Shown: positions 10,639 to 21,900, numbered from the stretch's first letter. The stretch is DNA of 64,000 nucleotides from Limnothrix sp. BL-A-16 (GCA_041937175.2 CP166615.1:2816001-2880000); one strand, 5' to 3'. Program-made: numbers and translations. Notes: generated from the letters alone by a model not told the origin.

Positions 10639-11631
10639 ATGGGTAATTCACAGCAAGGGCGATCGAGCAGCAAAGGGCAGAGTCAAACCAAGCGGGTTTA
10701 CCGCTGGTGGGCCGGGATGGGGCTGGGGGTTTGGCTGGTGGGCTTGGGGGCTGCGGCCCAAGCGGCTGACCCAACGGTTCCGGTGAGTGATGGGGTGAGC
10801 TGGCTGGAGGCGATCGGCCTGGGGCTGGTGCAAGGGCTGACGGAATTTTTACCCATCAGTAGCACGGCCCACCTGAAGGTTGTACCCGTGGCGCTCGGTT
10901 GGGGCGATCCAGGCGTGGCCTACACGGCGGTGATCCAACTGGGGAGCATCGCGGCGGTGCTGACTTATTTTTGGGCCGATTTAACGGCCTTGGCGATCGG
11001 GTCAGCCCAAGCCATTTCCCGCAAGGATTGGGGCGATCGGCAGTTTCGGATTGCCCTTGGCATTGGCCTGGGAACGTTGCCCATTGTGGTGGGCGGCTTA
11101 GCGATTAAGAAATTCATCCCCGATTTTGATCATTCCCCGCTGCGGAGCTTGGGGGCGATCGCGATCGCCTCGATTGTCATGGCCCTGCTGCTGGGTTTGG
11201 CGGAAGTGACCGGCAGCCGCCACCGCCACTACAACGCCCTGGGCCTGAACGATGGGTTAATTTTAGGGGCGGCCCAAGCCCTGGCCCTGATTCCCGGGGT
11301 CTCGCGATCGGGATCAACCCTGACGGCGGGCCTGTTGTCTGGCATCGATCGGGCAGCGGCGGCGCGTTTCTCCTTTCTGCTGGGCATCCCCGCCATTACC
11401 CTGGCGGGATTGGTGGAACTGGTGGGTGTTTTGAAAGAAGGGTTGCCGGCCGGCGCGGGGTTGTCGCTAACGGTGGGCGTTGTGGTGTCGGCGGTGTCGT
11501 CCTATGCGGCGATCGCTTGGTTGCTGAAGTTTTTGCAAACCCAAAACACTTGGATTTTTGTGATCTATCGATTGATCTTTGGGGTGGCGATTTTGGGGTC
11601 GATCGGGTTGGGGTGGTTGCCCAATCAATAG
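10639..11631 (+). CDS. uppP: undecaprenyl-diphosphate phosphatase
   Basis: QGLTEFLPISSTAH, IQLGS, PGVSRSGST, ARFSFLL. Start uncertain. Confidence 0.93.
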   Translation: MGNSQQGRSSSKGQSQTKRVYRWWAGMGLGVWLVGLGAAAQAADPTVPVSDGVSWLEAIGLGLVQGLTEFLPISSTAHLKVVPVALGWGDPGVAYTAVIQLGSIAAVLTYFWADLTALAIGSAQAISRKDWGDRQFRIALGIGLGTLPIVVGGLAIKKFIPDFDHSPLRSLGAIAIASIVMALLLGLAEVTGSRHRHYNALGLNDGLILGAAQALALIPGVSRSGSTLTAGLLSGIDRAAAARFSFLLGIPAITLAGLVELVGVLKEGLPAGAGLSLTVGVVVSAVSSYAAIAWLLKFLQTQNTWIFVIYRLIFGVAILGSIGLGWLPNQ

Positions 11632-12458
11632 TTGATTTCTAGGGTGGCCTTGGCCTGTTTTAGGCGATCGAGCAAGGCCAGGGGCAATTGAAATTGATTT
11701 AAGCTGTCGCGGCGTTCAGCCTTGGTGCTGGGGGCGGGGCCATGGTAATCACTGCCGCCCGTGGCCAACAATCCATAGCGATCACACAGTTCCAAAAGGC
11801 GCTTTTGCTCCGTCAGGCTGTGGTTGGGATGATAAACCTCCAAGCCCAACAGCCCCGCCGCCACCAGTTCCGGCAAGGTGTCTTCCACATTGCCCCCACG
11901 AAACAGGTAAGGATGGGCCCAAACGGGCACGGCCCCGGCCGATCGGAGCAGGTTCATGCCTTCCACGATCGAAAATTTGTCGTATTGCACATGGGCCGGG
12001 CGATCGTCCCCCAAAAATCGGGTAAACGCCTCCTGGGCCGACGTGACATGGCCCGCCGCCACCAGCGCTTGGGCGATGTGCGGTCGGCCAGGAGCCATGT
12101 TTCCAGGCAATTCCGGCAGCTCGATCGGGTAGCCCAACTCCGCCAACTTTTCCGCCATCCGTTGGGCCCGCTGGCGACGGCCGGCCAAGCGCACCGCCAG
12201 CGGTTCATGAATTCGATCGCGATCGGGATAAAACCCCAAAATATGGAGCGATCGCCCGTTGTGAACCACACTCAGTTCCAACCCCGGCACAATTTCGAGC
12301 CGATCGCCCGCCGCCTCGATCGCCTCATCCCAACCAGCGCAGGTGTCGTGATCCGTAATGGCCAAGGCCCGCACCCCCGCCTCGATCGCCGCCGCCACCA
12401 ACTGTGTCGGAGTCAGCGTGCCATCGGAAAATGTCGTATGACAATGCAATTCCAGCAA
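11625..12458 (-). CDS. PHP-domain metal-dependent phosphoesterase
   Basis: LHCHTTFSDG, AITDHD, HILG, AHP, GGSDYHG. TTG start at 12458 is preceded by AGGAGG. Confidence 0.9.
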   Translation of the reverse strand: MLELHCHTTFSDGTLTPTQLVAAAIEAGVRALAITDHDTCAGWDEAIEAAGDRLEIVPGLELSVVHNGRSLHILGFYPDRDRIHEPLAVRLAGRRQRAQRMAEKLAELGYPIELPELPGNMAPGRPHIAQALVAAGHVTSAQEAFTRFLGDDRPAHVQYDKFSIVEGMNLLRSAGAVPVWAHPYLFRGGNVEDTLPELVAAGLLGLEVYHPNHSLTEQKRLLELCDRYGLLATGGSDYHGPAPSTKAERRDSLNQFQLPLALLDRLKQAKATLEINY

Positions 12459-12872
12459 AATTTCCTCCTGCCCCTTTTGCTCATTCCTGTCTGGTCTAAT
12501 CTGAATCTTTCTGATCCTGGCTACTCCTGGCCAAGTCCCTGGCGGTTGTCGCCAAACCTGAGACAAGTCTCGGGGTATCTGTTACAAATCTTCACCAAAA
12601 CCGCCACCGATTGATCCCCCGGCCAAGGCCTTTTGCGGAGGATCTGGGATCAGCAACCGCCCTCTGAATCGATCGCCCCTAAGTAAACCCAAGCCAACGA
12701 TTTCCCGATCGACGAAAACCGACTGGGCCATGGTTTGACCCCATTTTTGCTCAGGGGTCTCGGCCCATCCCAGCCCCGGGCGATCGCCCCAATCAGGAGT
12801 CAATTAGCCCGAAGGTTTTGCCGCGAAAAAACTTTGGTAGAGTGGAAACGATATTCCGATACTCTCGATATT

Positions 12873-13361
12873 ATGAGCGTAGTTAGCCAAGTCATTCTGA
12901 AAGCCGACGACGAGCTTCGCTACCCTAGCAGTGGCGAGCTTAAGAGCATCTCGGAATTTTTAAAAACCGGCGAGCAGCGTATTCGGATTGCCCAAACGCT
13001 GGCCGACAGTGAGAAAAAGATTGTGCAAGAAGCCAGCCGCAAGCTGTGGCAACGTCGCCCGGACTTTATTGCTCCTGGCGGCAATGCCTATGGCCAACGG
13101 GAGCGGAACCAGTGCCTTCGGGACTATGGCTGGTATCTGCGACTGGTGACCTACGGCGTGTTGGCGGGCGACAAGGAACCGATCGAAACCATTGGTCTGG
13201 TGGGCGCACGCGAAATGTACAACTCCTTGGGTGTCCCGCTGCCGGGGATGGTGGAAGCCGTGCGTTGTCTCAAGGAAGCCACTTTGGGCCTTCTGAGCAC
13301 CGAAGATGCTGCGGCTGCCGAGCCTTACTTCGACTACATCATTCAGGGCATGGCGGCCTAG
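12873..13361 (+). CDS. apcD: allophycocyanin subunit alpha-B
   Basis: [50 protein letters not shown]; 162 aa. Confidence 0.95.
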   Translation: MSVVSQVILKADDELRYPSSGELKSISEFLKTGEQRIRIAQTLADSEKKIVQEASRKLWQRRPDFIAPGGNAYGQRERNQCLRDYGWYLRLVTYGVLAGDKEPIETIGLVGAREMYNSLGVPLPGMVEAVRCLKEATLGLLSTEDAAAAEPYFDYIIQGMAA

Positions 13362-13454
13362 GGCCGTTCCTTCAGAGACCAAAAACCCATGAAATTTGGT
13401 TTGCGTTCAAGGTCGTTTTCGGGCGATCGCGGTGGGCGCAGGCTGCAATCACAG

Positions 13455-13488
13455 GGGGTGGAGATGTGGGCTGCATCTCTACCCCTTT
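13455..13488 (+). terminator. hairpin terminator after apcD
   Basis: GGGGTGGAGATG ... CATCTCTACCCC followed by TTT. Confidence 0.55.
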
Positions 13489-13689
13489 GCGTGTCTGAGG
13501 CTGGCTGAAACGGTTGCTCTCGGCCCACATCTGACCAAACAGAACGCTAGCAGCAATCCGGCTTGAGCAAGAATTAGAATCAAGAATTCAGACATTAGAA
13601 ATCAGGTATTTGCCCCCTGTAGTGGCGTGACAGGCTGATTTTAGTGGGCTAAATCAAATAACTTTTACCGCCACCAAATCGTTAGGCCG

Positions 13690-13709
13690 CAAGGGGCTTA
13701 AGCCCCTTG
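13690..13709. repeat. 20-bp perfect palindrome CAAGGGGCTTAAGCCCCTTG (same core as in the MITEs)
   Basis: Identical to the copies at 3381, 44811 and 44950; I see no family A or B TIRs around it. Confidence 0.8.
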
Positions 13710-13765
13710 TTACGACGATTAGCTCCGCGAATTAAAGCAGGCGCTCTAGTAGGTGCAATTAGGCG

Positions 13766-14710
13766 ATGGTTTGTGGATTTTTGAACTTGTGCAAACCGGC
13801 GGGCTTCACGTCTCACGATTGCGTGGCCAAAGTGCGGCGGCTGACGCGGTGCAAACGGACGGGCCATGGGGGCACGTTGGATCCGGCCGCGATCGGGGTG
13901 TTGCCGATCGCCCTGGGGCCCGCCACGCGCCTGTTGCAATTTTTGCCGGGGGCGAAATCCTACGCAGCCACGGTGCGCCTTGGCATCACCACCACCACCG
14001 ACGACCTGGAAGGAGAAGTGCTGACGGCACAATCACCCGAGGCATTAACCAGCCTGACCCTGGAAGCCATTTCCAGCCAAATATCGCAATTTATTGGCCA
14101 AATTCGACAAATTCCGCCCCAATACAGCGCTATTCAGGTGGATGGTCAGCGGCTCTACGATTTGGCTCGGCAAGGCAAAACTGTGGAAGTGCCGGAGCGA
14201 CAAGTGCAGGTTGATCGGATCTCGATCGAGGCTTGGCGACCAGGAACCGAGCCAGAGTTAGACTTAACGATCGACTGTGGCCCCGGAACCTATATCCGCT
14301 CGATCGCCCGAGATTTGGGCGCGGCCTTGGGCGTGGGGGGCACGTTGGCCCATTTGAAACGAACGGCCAGCGGCGGCTTCACCTTGGAAGACAGCCTGAC
14401 GCTGGAGCAATTGGAAGGGGCGATCGGGCAAGGGTGGCAACCGATCGACCCGGCCTTGGGTTTGGCCCATTTGCCCACGGTGACTTTGGCGGAAGCGGCC
14501 GTGAAGCGCTGGTTTTTTGGCCAGGCGATCGCCCTCTCGGAATGGCCGCCAACACCGCCTGGCGGCGAATCCCTCAAGCAGGAGCAAACCGACCCGATCG
14601 CCCGTGTCTTGGATCAGTCGGGTCGGTTGTTGGGAGTTGGGGCCCTAACGACGGGAGAGGCGGGGCCGTTATTGGCTCCGCGTGTCGTCTTGCCACAGGA
14701 ACACAGCTAG
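13766..14710 (+). CDS. truB: tRNA pseudouridine(55) synthase
   Basis: KPAGFTSHD, GHGGTLDP, PPQYSAI, GTYIRSIARDLG. Confidence 0.96.
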   Translation: MVCGFLNLCKPAGFTSHDCVAKVRRLTRCKRTGHGGTLDPAAIGVLPIALGPATRLLQFLPGAKSYAATVRLGITTTTDDLEGEVLTAQSPEALTSLTLEAISSQISQFIGQIRQIPPQYSAIQVDGQRLYDLARQGKTVEVPERQVQVDRISIEAWRPGTEPELDLTIDCGPGTYIRSIARDLGAALGVGGTLAHLKRTASGGFTLEDSLTLEQLEGAIGQGWQPIDPALGLAHLPTVTLAEAAVKRWFFGQAIALSEWPPTPPGGESLKQEQTDPIARVLDQSGRLLGVGALTTGEAGPLLAPRVVLPQEHS

Positions 14711-14716
14711 TTCCCT

Positions 14717-15499
14717 TCAAAACCAATCGGCTTCGGGATCGGGATCGGGATCTATGCCGGAATTAAGGCCGGAATGATGAACCGAGGGGAATTGTTTTTC
14801 CAGAGCAGCCCAGTCCATTTCGGAAGCCGGCCGATCGGCCGTGAGCTGGCCCTGAGTGAGCACCCAACAGCGGGTGGCGATCGGGGCCGCCCTCAGACCG
14901 GCCGCCGTGGTGGCGGTGCAAACAACTGCGGCGGTTTGGGAGCTGAACGCTTGATTTTGCAATAGGTTTTGCAGGCGATCGCTCTGTTCCGTGGTTAAGC
15001 CCTCAAACCCATCGCCCAACAGCAGCACCAACGGTTGCAACAAACTAGCCCGCGCGATCGCCACCCAATGTTGCTCGGCAGCGGTCAGTTGAAAGGCTTG
15101 GCGGGTTAACCAACTGGTGGGAATTCCAAAGCGATCGCAGGTTTCCTGAATGGCCGTTTCGATCGCCCGAGAGTCTTGCCGCAACAACGCCAGGGGATAG
15201 GCCAAGGTTGCCGCCACCGTCGGAGCCAGCAAGGTCGATCGAGGAGCCACCCAAGCCACCCGCCGCCGCAGGGCCACGGGATCCAGCGTTTGCACCCGCT
15301 GTCCCTGAACCAGCACATCGCCAACCGTTGGCTCCGACAGCCGCACCCACCAGCGCAAAATCTCTGGGGCCTGCGCTCCCACAATCAACAGTCGCTCTCC
15401 GGGTTCGATCGCCCCCGTAATGGGCCCCAAGGGCGATCGACCGCCTTGGGTTGCGCCTTGGCAAGCTAACAGGGGCGATCGAGGGGTGGCTGCATCCAT
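14717..15499 (-). CDS. ABC-transporter ATP-binding-like protein with degenerate catalytic motifs
   Basis: ABC-like scaffold (RLSEPTVGDVLVQG, LRRRVAWV, VAIARASLLQPLVLLL) but Walker A, LSGGQ, Walker B DE and the His switch are altered. Confidence 0.7.
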   Translation of the reverse strand: MDAATPRSPLLACQGATQGGRSPLGPITGAIEPGERLLIVGAQAPEILRWWVRLSEPTVGDVLVQGQRVQTLDPVALRRRVAWVAPRSTLLAPTVAATLAYPLALLRQDSRAIETAIQETCDRFGIPTSWLTRQAFQLTAAEQHWVAIARASLLQPLVLLLGDGFEGLTTEQSDRLQNLLQNQAFSSQTAAVVCTATTAAGLRAAPIATRCWVLTQGQLTADRPASEMDWAALEKQFPSVHHSGLNSGIDPDPDPEADWF

Positions 15500-15751
15500 A
15501 GCAATTGGGTTGGATCGTCGGTTTTGGATCGTCGGTTTTGGATGGTCTATGCCGTTGCAGCGGCATTCAGCCCAGGTCTAGCCCATGGATGAGGTCGCTG
15601 GTAGGAATATTTGCGGGAAATGCTCACGGGAAATGCCGACGAAAAATTTCCGCGAGAAATTCTGAGAAACCCAATGCGGGATTGGGCGGGTTTTCTGTCA
15701 AAATAAGTGCCAAGAAATATTACAGAACGTTATCAAAATTAGAGAGGGTCG

Positions 15752-15997
15752 GTGATGGCGTTTTTTCGGCAGTATGTGGCTCCCTTTCTGGTGGTGTTGA
15801 TCTTCGCGGTGGCATTGATCGCCGTCAGTGCGCGGATCTTCTTGCCCAATGATTTGGCCGCGCCCGCACCGATCGGGGCGATCGATTTCCCTTCCCCCAT
15901 TGCTCAACAAACCACGTCCTCTGCACCGTTGCCGCCTTCCCTGTCTGCGTTGGTGCAAGGGTCTGCGCCCGATTTGGATCTCTCTGCCAGTTTGTAG
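15752..15997 (+). CDS. small membrane protein, hypothetical
   Basis: N-terminal FFRQYVAPFLVVLIFAVALIAVSARIFLPNDLAAPAP, one TM helix; GAGG upstream. Confidence 0.7.
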   Translation: MMAFFRQYVAPFLVVLIFAVALIAVSARIFLPNDLAAPAPIGAIDFPSPIAQQTTSSAPLPPSLSALVQGSAPDLDLSASL

Positions 15998-16030
15998 CCT
16001 GCGGGTTGGAGTCTGCGGACTAATGCCGCC

Positions 16031-16609
16031 ATGAATCAGCCATCCGACCCAGGGCCGGAGCCTGGGATGGGGCAACAATCCAATCAGTTACCCACGGGCT
16101 ATCGATTACGGCGGGGTAGCCGGGCCGATCGCCCCCAATTGTTGGCGGGGTTAGCGGCCACCTACCGGGAGCTAATGCCCCTGAGTCCAGATCCAACGGC
16201 GATCGCCCTGTTGGTCGATCGACTCTGGACGGCCGATGGGCAACTGTGGTGGGTGGAAGCGGTCACGGCTCAAGCCAGTGACGGTCAATCTAACGGTCAA
16301 TCTTGGGTTGCGGGTCTGTGGTTGGGCTGGGCGATCGACCCGGAAACCGGCCAGCGACGGGCCCAACTGCTCTGGCTCTATGTGCAACCGACGGAACGGC
16401 GGCGCGGCTTGGCTCGGGCCCTGCTGCATCAAGCGGAACAGCAGGCTAAACAGGCCGGCTGCGATCGCCTGGGGCTGCAAGTGGGAGCCAGTAACCAAGC
16501 AGCGATCGCCCTTTATCAATCCTTGGGCTATCAGACCCGATCGCTGGAACTGGTGAAATCTTGGGATGGGGCGGCATTCAGCGACACCGACGCACCAGCC
16601 ACGCCGTGA
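16031..16609 (+). CDS. GNAT family N-acetyltransferase
   Basis: LYVQPTERRRGLARALL (acetyl-CoA motif A), NQAAIALYQSLGY. Confidence 0.88.
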   Translation: MNQPSDPGPEPGMGQQSNQLPTGYRLRRGSRADRPQLLAGLAATYRELMPLSPDPTAIALLVDRLWTADGQLWWVEAVTAQASDGQSNGQSWVAGLWLGWAIDPETGQRRAQLLWLYVQPTERRRGLARALLHQAEQQAKQAGCDRLGLQVGASNQAAIALYQSLGYQTRSLELVKSWDGAAFSDTDAPATP

Positions 16610-17820
16610 TAGAGCGCACCCAGGCCCCACAGTTGCCAAAACCAACGCACGCGCACCAACAAAATGAGGGCTAGCCCCAAGCTCACCCCAATCGATCGCT
16701 GCCAAACGGATCCCAAATCGCCAAGAGTGGTTGGCCCACCGGCCAAGGTCATGTGCATCCCGATCGCCACCAGGGCCGGAATCGCCGCCAGGTGTAGGGT
16801 GCGCCAGTGGGAGCCTAACCAGCGCATGGCTCGATCGAAACTGGTGAGGGCCAACAACGTTAGCAGCCCGATCGCCCCCACACCGGCCCAAATTCCCACC
16901 TGCTGGCGAGGGTGCAAAAAGCCCACCGCCGCCCAATCCCAATCCAGGGAATGATCGAACATATGGCCCATGTGCGCCAGGGCCAACAACCAAGCACCCA
17001 CCCCGATCGCCCGGCGATAGCGCAGGGGGGCCGCCCACAACCGACTGATGGGCCGGGCGATCAGGGACAAACTTAGCAGCACCAAGGAACCATAGCCCGT
17101 CAGATCCTGCATGGCGCTGGTGCGGCCCAGGGTTAACAGCCCGATCGCGATCGTCACCCAACCGGCCATCCGAAAAAGTTGGCTGCGTCGATCCTGACCA
17201 ATGGAGCCAGCCCAAGCGCCCGTTAAAACCATGGTGGGCAAGGTTCCCAGCCCAAAAATCAGCATGGTCAAGCTGCCCCCGATCGCGCTGCCGGTTTCCG
17301 CCGCCTTAATTTGGGCCGCATACAAAAATCCACAGGGAATTAGCCCCCAAACCAGCCCCACGGCCAACGGCATCCACCAACGGGTTTGGCCAGCAATGGT
17401 GAGCATGGTTTTTTCGAGGCGATCGCGCTGGGGCCCCCGGGCCAGGGGATGCCAAAGAGGCAAGCGGGGCAACCATTGGGGTCGCACTTGGGCAAGGCCA
17501 AACCAAATCAACATCAACCCCGTCAGGACACTCAGGCTTTGGCGCAGGGGGCTATCAATCCCCGTCAGTTGTCCGCCCGCCACCAACAGAGATCCCAAAC
17601 TCCCGATCGCCCCGCCCGCGATCGCGTAGCTGAGAATTCGCCCCAAGTTCAGCAACAAATGGAACCGGCCCAACTGCCACCAAGTTTTTGCGCCCGCTGG
17701 TGGCAAAGACCGAGACTCTCCCGACAGGGCAAAGGCCACCGCCAAGGGGCCACACATACCCGCACAGTGGCCAAAGCTACCCAAAAAACCCAGCGCCCAA
17801 ATCAAGCCCCAGTCGAGCAT
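16531..17820 (-). CDS. TauE/SafE (DsbD_2-like) membrane protein fused to a ferric-reductase-like TM domain
   Basis: GSFGHCAGMCGP, GLIPCG, FGLGTLP; C-terminal RRAIG, LAH, LTSFD, WRTLH as in heme-binding ferric reductase/MsrQ-type domains. Confidence 0.8.
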   Translation of the reverse strand: MLDWGLIWALGFLGSFGHCAGMCGPLAVAFALSGESRSLPPAGAKTWWQLGRFHLLLNLGRILSYAIAGGAIGSLGSLLVAGGQLTGIDSPLRQSLSVLTGLMLIWFGLAQVRPQWLPRLPLWHPLARGPQRDRLEKTMLTIAGQTRWWMPLAVGLVWGLIPCGFLYAAQIKAAETGSAIGGSLTMLIFGLGTLPTMVLTGAWAGSIGQDRRSQLFRMAGWVTIAIGLLTLGRTSAMQDLTGYGSLVLLSLSLIARPISRLWAAPLRYRRAIGVGAWLLALAHMGHMFDHSLDWDWAAVGFLHPRQQVGIWAGVGAIGLLTLLALTSFDRAMRWLGSHWRTLHLAAIPALVAIGMHMTLAGGPTTLGDLGSVWQRSIGVSLGLALILLVRVRWFWQLWGLGALYHGVAGASVSLNAAPSQDFTSSSDRV

Positions 17821-17951
17821 CTTCCCAGATCCCGTTTTCCTGTGATTCCCCAATTCCCTCCGGTCGATCGCTCCCGGCAACCGAAAACCTGAGGAAGTTC
17901 TCCGCAATGGCGCTGTTTTGGTTGAGTCCTGAACTCGATCGCCATCATGCT

Positions 17952-17993
17952 GATTAGCCCAACCGGATTAGCTCAACTGGATTAGCTCAACCC
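17952..17993. repeat. short tandem repeat, 14-bp unit GATTAGC(C/T)CAAC(C/T)G, about 3 copies
   Basis: gattagcccaaccg gattagctcaactg gattagctcaaccc. Confidence 0.6.
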
Positions 17994-18096
17994 TGATTGG
18001 CACTCAACTCGATCGGTGCAAACGGTTGGTTAACCCAATCAAGGTTCCAGCAAGAAGACAAAATTCAGCACAGCGATTACGTTAAAAAAGCGGGGA

Positions 18097-18945
18097 ATGA
18101 TCCCGTCAGTATTTTTGAGCTTACCCGTAATTGGTTTCATGCCTGCCCAGTGGTATCACGGTCAACCCCTCGATCAGCGCACCATTACCCTGGATGTCAC
18201 GGATCCGGGGTTGATGTTTGGGGCCACAACTTTCACAACCTTGCGCATTTACGATCGCAATCTCCATGGGCCCATGACCCAATGGCTGGCTCACCGCGAT
18301 CGGCTCTCCAACACCCGCAGCCAATTGGGACTGCCCCAACCGGATTGGGAACAGGTGGAACAGGGCGCAACCCTGCTGGCGGCTGAATATCCGGTGGTGC
18401 GGGTCACTCTTTTTCCCGATGGGCGGGAGTGGATTTTAGGGCGAGAATTGCCACCCCATTTGACCCAAAAACAAACGCAAGGAATTGTGGCTTGGGTAGC
18501 CCAAGCAGCCCACTACCGCCGTTCGATCGCGATTCACAAAACGGGTAATTATTTTCCCTGTTGGCTGGCGTTGCAGACGGCCCAGCAGCAGTTTCTGGGC
18601 CCCGAAGCGGCGGCCGAAGCGATTTTGATTGATGAAGATGAACGCTGGCTGGAAACCAGCACGGGCAATCTCTGGGGATTTCGCGATGGGCGTTGGTGGA
18701 CTCCGCCCCTGGGGGATTGCTTACCGGGCATTGCTCGATCGCACCTGATTCGCCAGCTTCAACGCCATGGGCAACCGGTCGGCGTTGACCAGCCTTGGAC
18801 CGCCGATTGGGTGGAAGGATGCGAGGCGATCGCCTATTCCAACAGCGTAGTGGAGGTGATTCCCTTCCATGCGGTGCTGGATGGCCACCGGGTACATCGC
18901 TTGGCGATCGAACCCGTGGCCGAACTCCAGTCCCTCTACCACTAG
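18097..18945 (+). CDS. class IV aminotransferase / 4-amino-4-deoxychorismate lyase-like
   Basis: GLMFGATTFTTLR, HKTGNY, LETSTGNLW, LPGIAR, NSV. Start may be ATG 18139. Confidence 0.85.
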   Translation: MIPSVFLSLPVIGFMPAQWYHGQPLDQRTITLDVTDPGLMFGATTFTTLRIYDRNLHGPMTQWLAHRDRLSNTRSQLGLPQPDWEQVEQGATLLAAEYPVVRVTLFPDGREWILGRELPPHLTQKQTQGIVAWVAQAAHYRRSIAIHKTGNYFPCWLALQTAQQQFLGPEAAAEAILIDEDERWLETSTGNLWGFRDGRWWTPPLGDCLPGIARSHLIRQLQRHGQPVGVDQPWTADWVEGCEAIAYSNSVVEVIPFHAVLDGHRVHRLAIEPVAELQSLYH

Positions 18946-21900
18946 CTAGGCACTGGTCGTAATCAGCACTTCACCCCGCAGCATTCGTCGCGCCGCATCC
19001 AGGAGGGCTTCCTCCAAGTAGGGCTTGGTAAAGTAACCCTTTGCACCCAGGTCAACGGCCATTTTCCGGTGCTTGTCGGCTCCCCGAGAGGTGAGCATCG
19101 CCACGGGCAACTCACAGAGGGTTTCTTCCGTTTGCAATCGCTGTAAGAGCTGCAAACCGTCCATGCGCGGCATTTCGATATCGCAGAACACCAGATCGCA
19201 GGGCAAACCGGATCGCAGTTTTTCCCAGGCTTCTTGACCGTCGCGGGCCTGCTCCACCTGATAACCCGCTTTTTGGAAGGTCATCTTCAGCAGCTCGCGC
19301 ACCGTGATCGAGTCGTCCACAATCAACACCATCGGATCCTTCTGTTCCGTCGGTGGCTCCACGATGTGGATGTTGTCCGATTCCCAACGGCCACTGACCG
19401 TATCGCGCCGGATGCGACCCTTCGCCAGGTCAATTAGCTCCAGCACGTCGGCGATCGGCATGACACGCCCATCGCCCAACACGGTCATCCCAGCAATGCC
19501 CAAGGGCTTGGGCACGGGGCCTTCCGGTTGCTTAATTACGATTTCTTGCTCGCCCAGAACCCGATCGACCTCAATCGCGATGAACTCACCAGCACTGCGC
19601 AACACCACGATCGCCAGGGAATCATCCTCCTGGTTGCCGCCGTAGATGTTGCCGCGACTCAGGTGGCGGTTGTATTTCAGCAACTCCGTGAGGGGATGCA
19701 GCGTCAAAATTCGATCGCGCCAGGCAATGCAGCGGCGGCCTTCCTTATCGGTCTGCACATCCTCCGGGTGAATATCGGGCGGCGTGTCTTCCACCCCATC
19801 CATCGGAAACGCGATCGTGGCGTGATCACTCAAACACCGCAACGCCTTACAAATACTCAGGTTCAGGGGCAACCGAATGGTGAAGGTCGTTCCCCGTCCC
19901 AATTCTGAATCAATGCTGATGCTGCCGCGCAATTCCTGAATCTTGCGCATCACCACATCCATGCCCACGCCACGACCGCCAAACTCATCGGCCTGGTCTT
20001 TGGTGCTGAAGCCGGGCAGGAACAGCATTTCGTAGATTTCCTGACGCACCATATTGCGAGCCTGGTTGGGGTCAATCAAGCCCTTCTCGATCGCCTTTTG
20101 TTTCACCCGCTCCGTATTAATCCCCGCCCCATCATCGGACAGGGAAATCACCGTTTGGTTACCTTGATAAAAGGCCCGAATGGTCAGCTTGCCAGTGGGG
20201 GGTTTACCTGCCGCCACCCGTGCTTCAGGCGTTTCAATGCCATGCACCAGGGCGTTATTGATCATGTGGGTAATTGGACTCGATAGCTCCTGGGAGAGGA
20301 ACTCATCGATCGCCGTTTCTTTGCCCTCAATGATCAAATCCACATCCTTGCCGCAGCGCTCCGACACCGATCGCACTGCCCGGGGCAACCGTTCCACCGT
20401 GCGCGCAAAGGTCACCATGCGCGACTTATTCAAGTTCTCTTGAATCTGGGTGGTGATTTGCCGCAGGTTCCGCACCAGTTGATCGGTTTGTTCCACCACG
20501 AAGTCAATGTCTGAGGCAGACTCCCGCACCCGCACAATCAACTCAATGATTTCCTGAGATTGGGTGTGGAAAGGGGTGAAGCGATCCAGCTCCAGTTCTC
20601 CCAGGCCCATCCGGCCGCCATGGGTGTCAGACTCACCGCTGTGATGGGTGTCGGAATGCCCGCCGCCACTGCCGCCGCGCCGCCCGGACAACAGGGACAT
20701 TTCCAGGAGCGATCGCTCGTAAAAGTCCTGCATCCGTTGCCCCACATCGCCCAACTGCTGCACCCGTTGGGTCAAGTTTTCCAAGGACTGGCGCAGGCGC
20801 TCTTGGCCCTGTTCCATGCTGTTGCGGTTCACCACCATTTCCCCAACCAGGTTGTTGAGGTTGTCCAAGTTCCGCACCGGCACTTTGATGATTTGTTCGG
20901 CCCGTAAATTGCGGCTGGCGGCCGCTTCCATTTCGCGCTGACCGTTCGCCACGGGGGTTGGGACCGATCGAGCGGGCGACACCGCAGGGCTGGGGCTAGT
21001 TGCTGGGGCAGCCTTGGCTGGGGCTTCCAGTATCTCCACCAAAGCGTCAAAGTCTAGATCCAGGCCGCCGGTACTGCCCGCGGGTGCGGGGGTTGTGGCT
21101 GGGGCCGCAGCATCGCCAAATAGATCCTCAAAGCGATCGGGGCTGTTGGTGGCGGCCGTCGTTGACCGATTCAGAGTCTTCAGCAGATTATCCAGCTCAT
21201 CTGCATCGCTGGCCGCTTGGCTCGCCGGGGCCGGCGCAGCGGAACCCTCTAGGGCATTGAGCAGGTCATCGAGGGTGCTGTCACCGGCCGGCACAGATCC
21301 CAGCTCCTGATTCAGCAGTTGATCCAGATCGCCCAAATCACCCAAACCGCTGAGACCGTCCATCATCGGCTCACTGGTGGGGGGCGCACCCAAGAGCGCA
21401 TCCAAATCTTCTAAATCCGAACCGGCCAGCGGATCAACCGCATCAACGGGTAATCCTAAGTCACCCAAATTACCAAAATCACCCAAAGTCCCCAAGTCTC
21501 CTAAGCCACTCAAGTCGTTTAGATCACCCAGGCTCCCGAAGTCAAAGTCATCCGCGCGATCGGCACTGGCCATCTCCTGCGGCTCACCAAGATCCAAGGG
21601 ACTGCTCCAGTCGGCCGTTCCCATCAAGAAGTCAGGGGCTTCGCCATCAGCGATGGTTTCCAGGCTTATCGCTTCCCCAAAGTCCAAATCGTCCAAGGCT
21701 GCCCAATCGTCATCCAGCACAGGAGCAGGGGCCGACGCGCCAGCGGGGGCCAGCAGGGCATCTAAATCCGAGAGAATTGGTGGCTCGGTGAAGTTTTCCG
21801 GAGTCCAGAGGGCGGCAGCATCGTCGTTGGCCCCTGCCAGGTCTGCTTCGGCCTCGGCCAGGTCTAGATCTTCTTCCAGGCCGCTCAGATCCGTTGTGCG

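Noticed and set aside
13620..13748. Possible third MITE family around the 13690 palindrome
   Set aside because: Candidate ends (TAGTGGCGTG / CAGGCGCTCTA) are too poorly complementary and there is no second copy in the window; only the core is reported.
16172..17215. 347-aa alternative minus-strand ORF
   Set aside because: Out-of-frame overlap with two well-supported genes; GC-rich shadow ORF.
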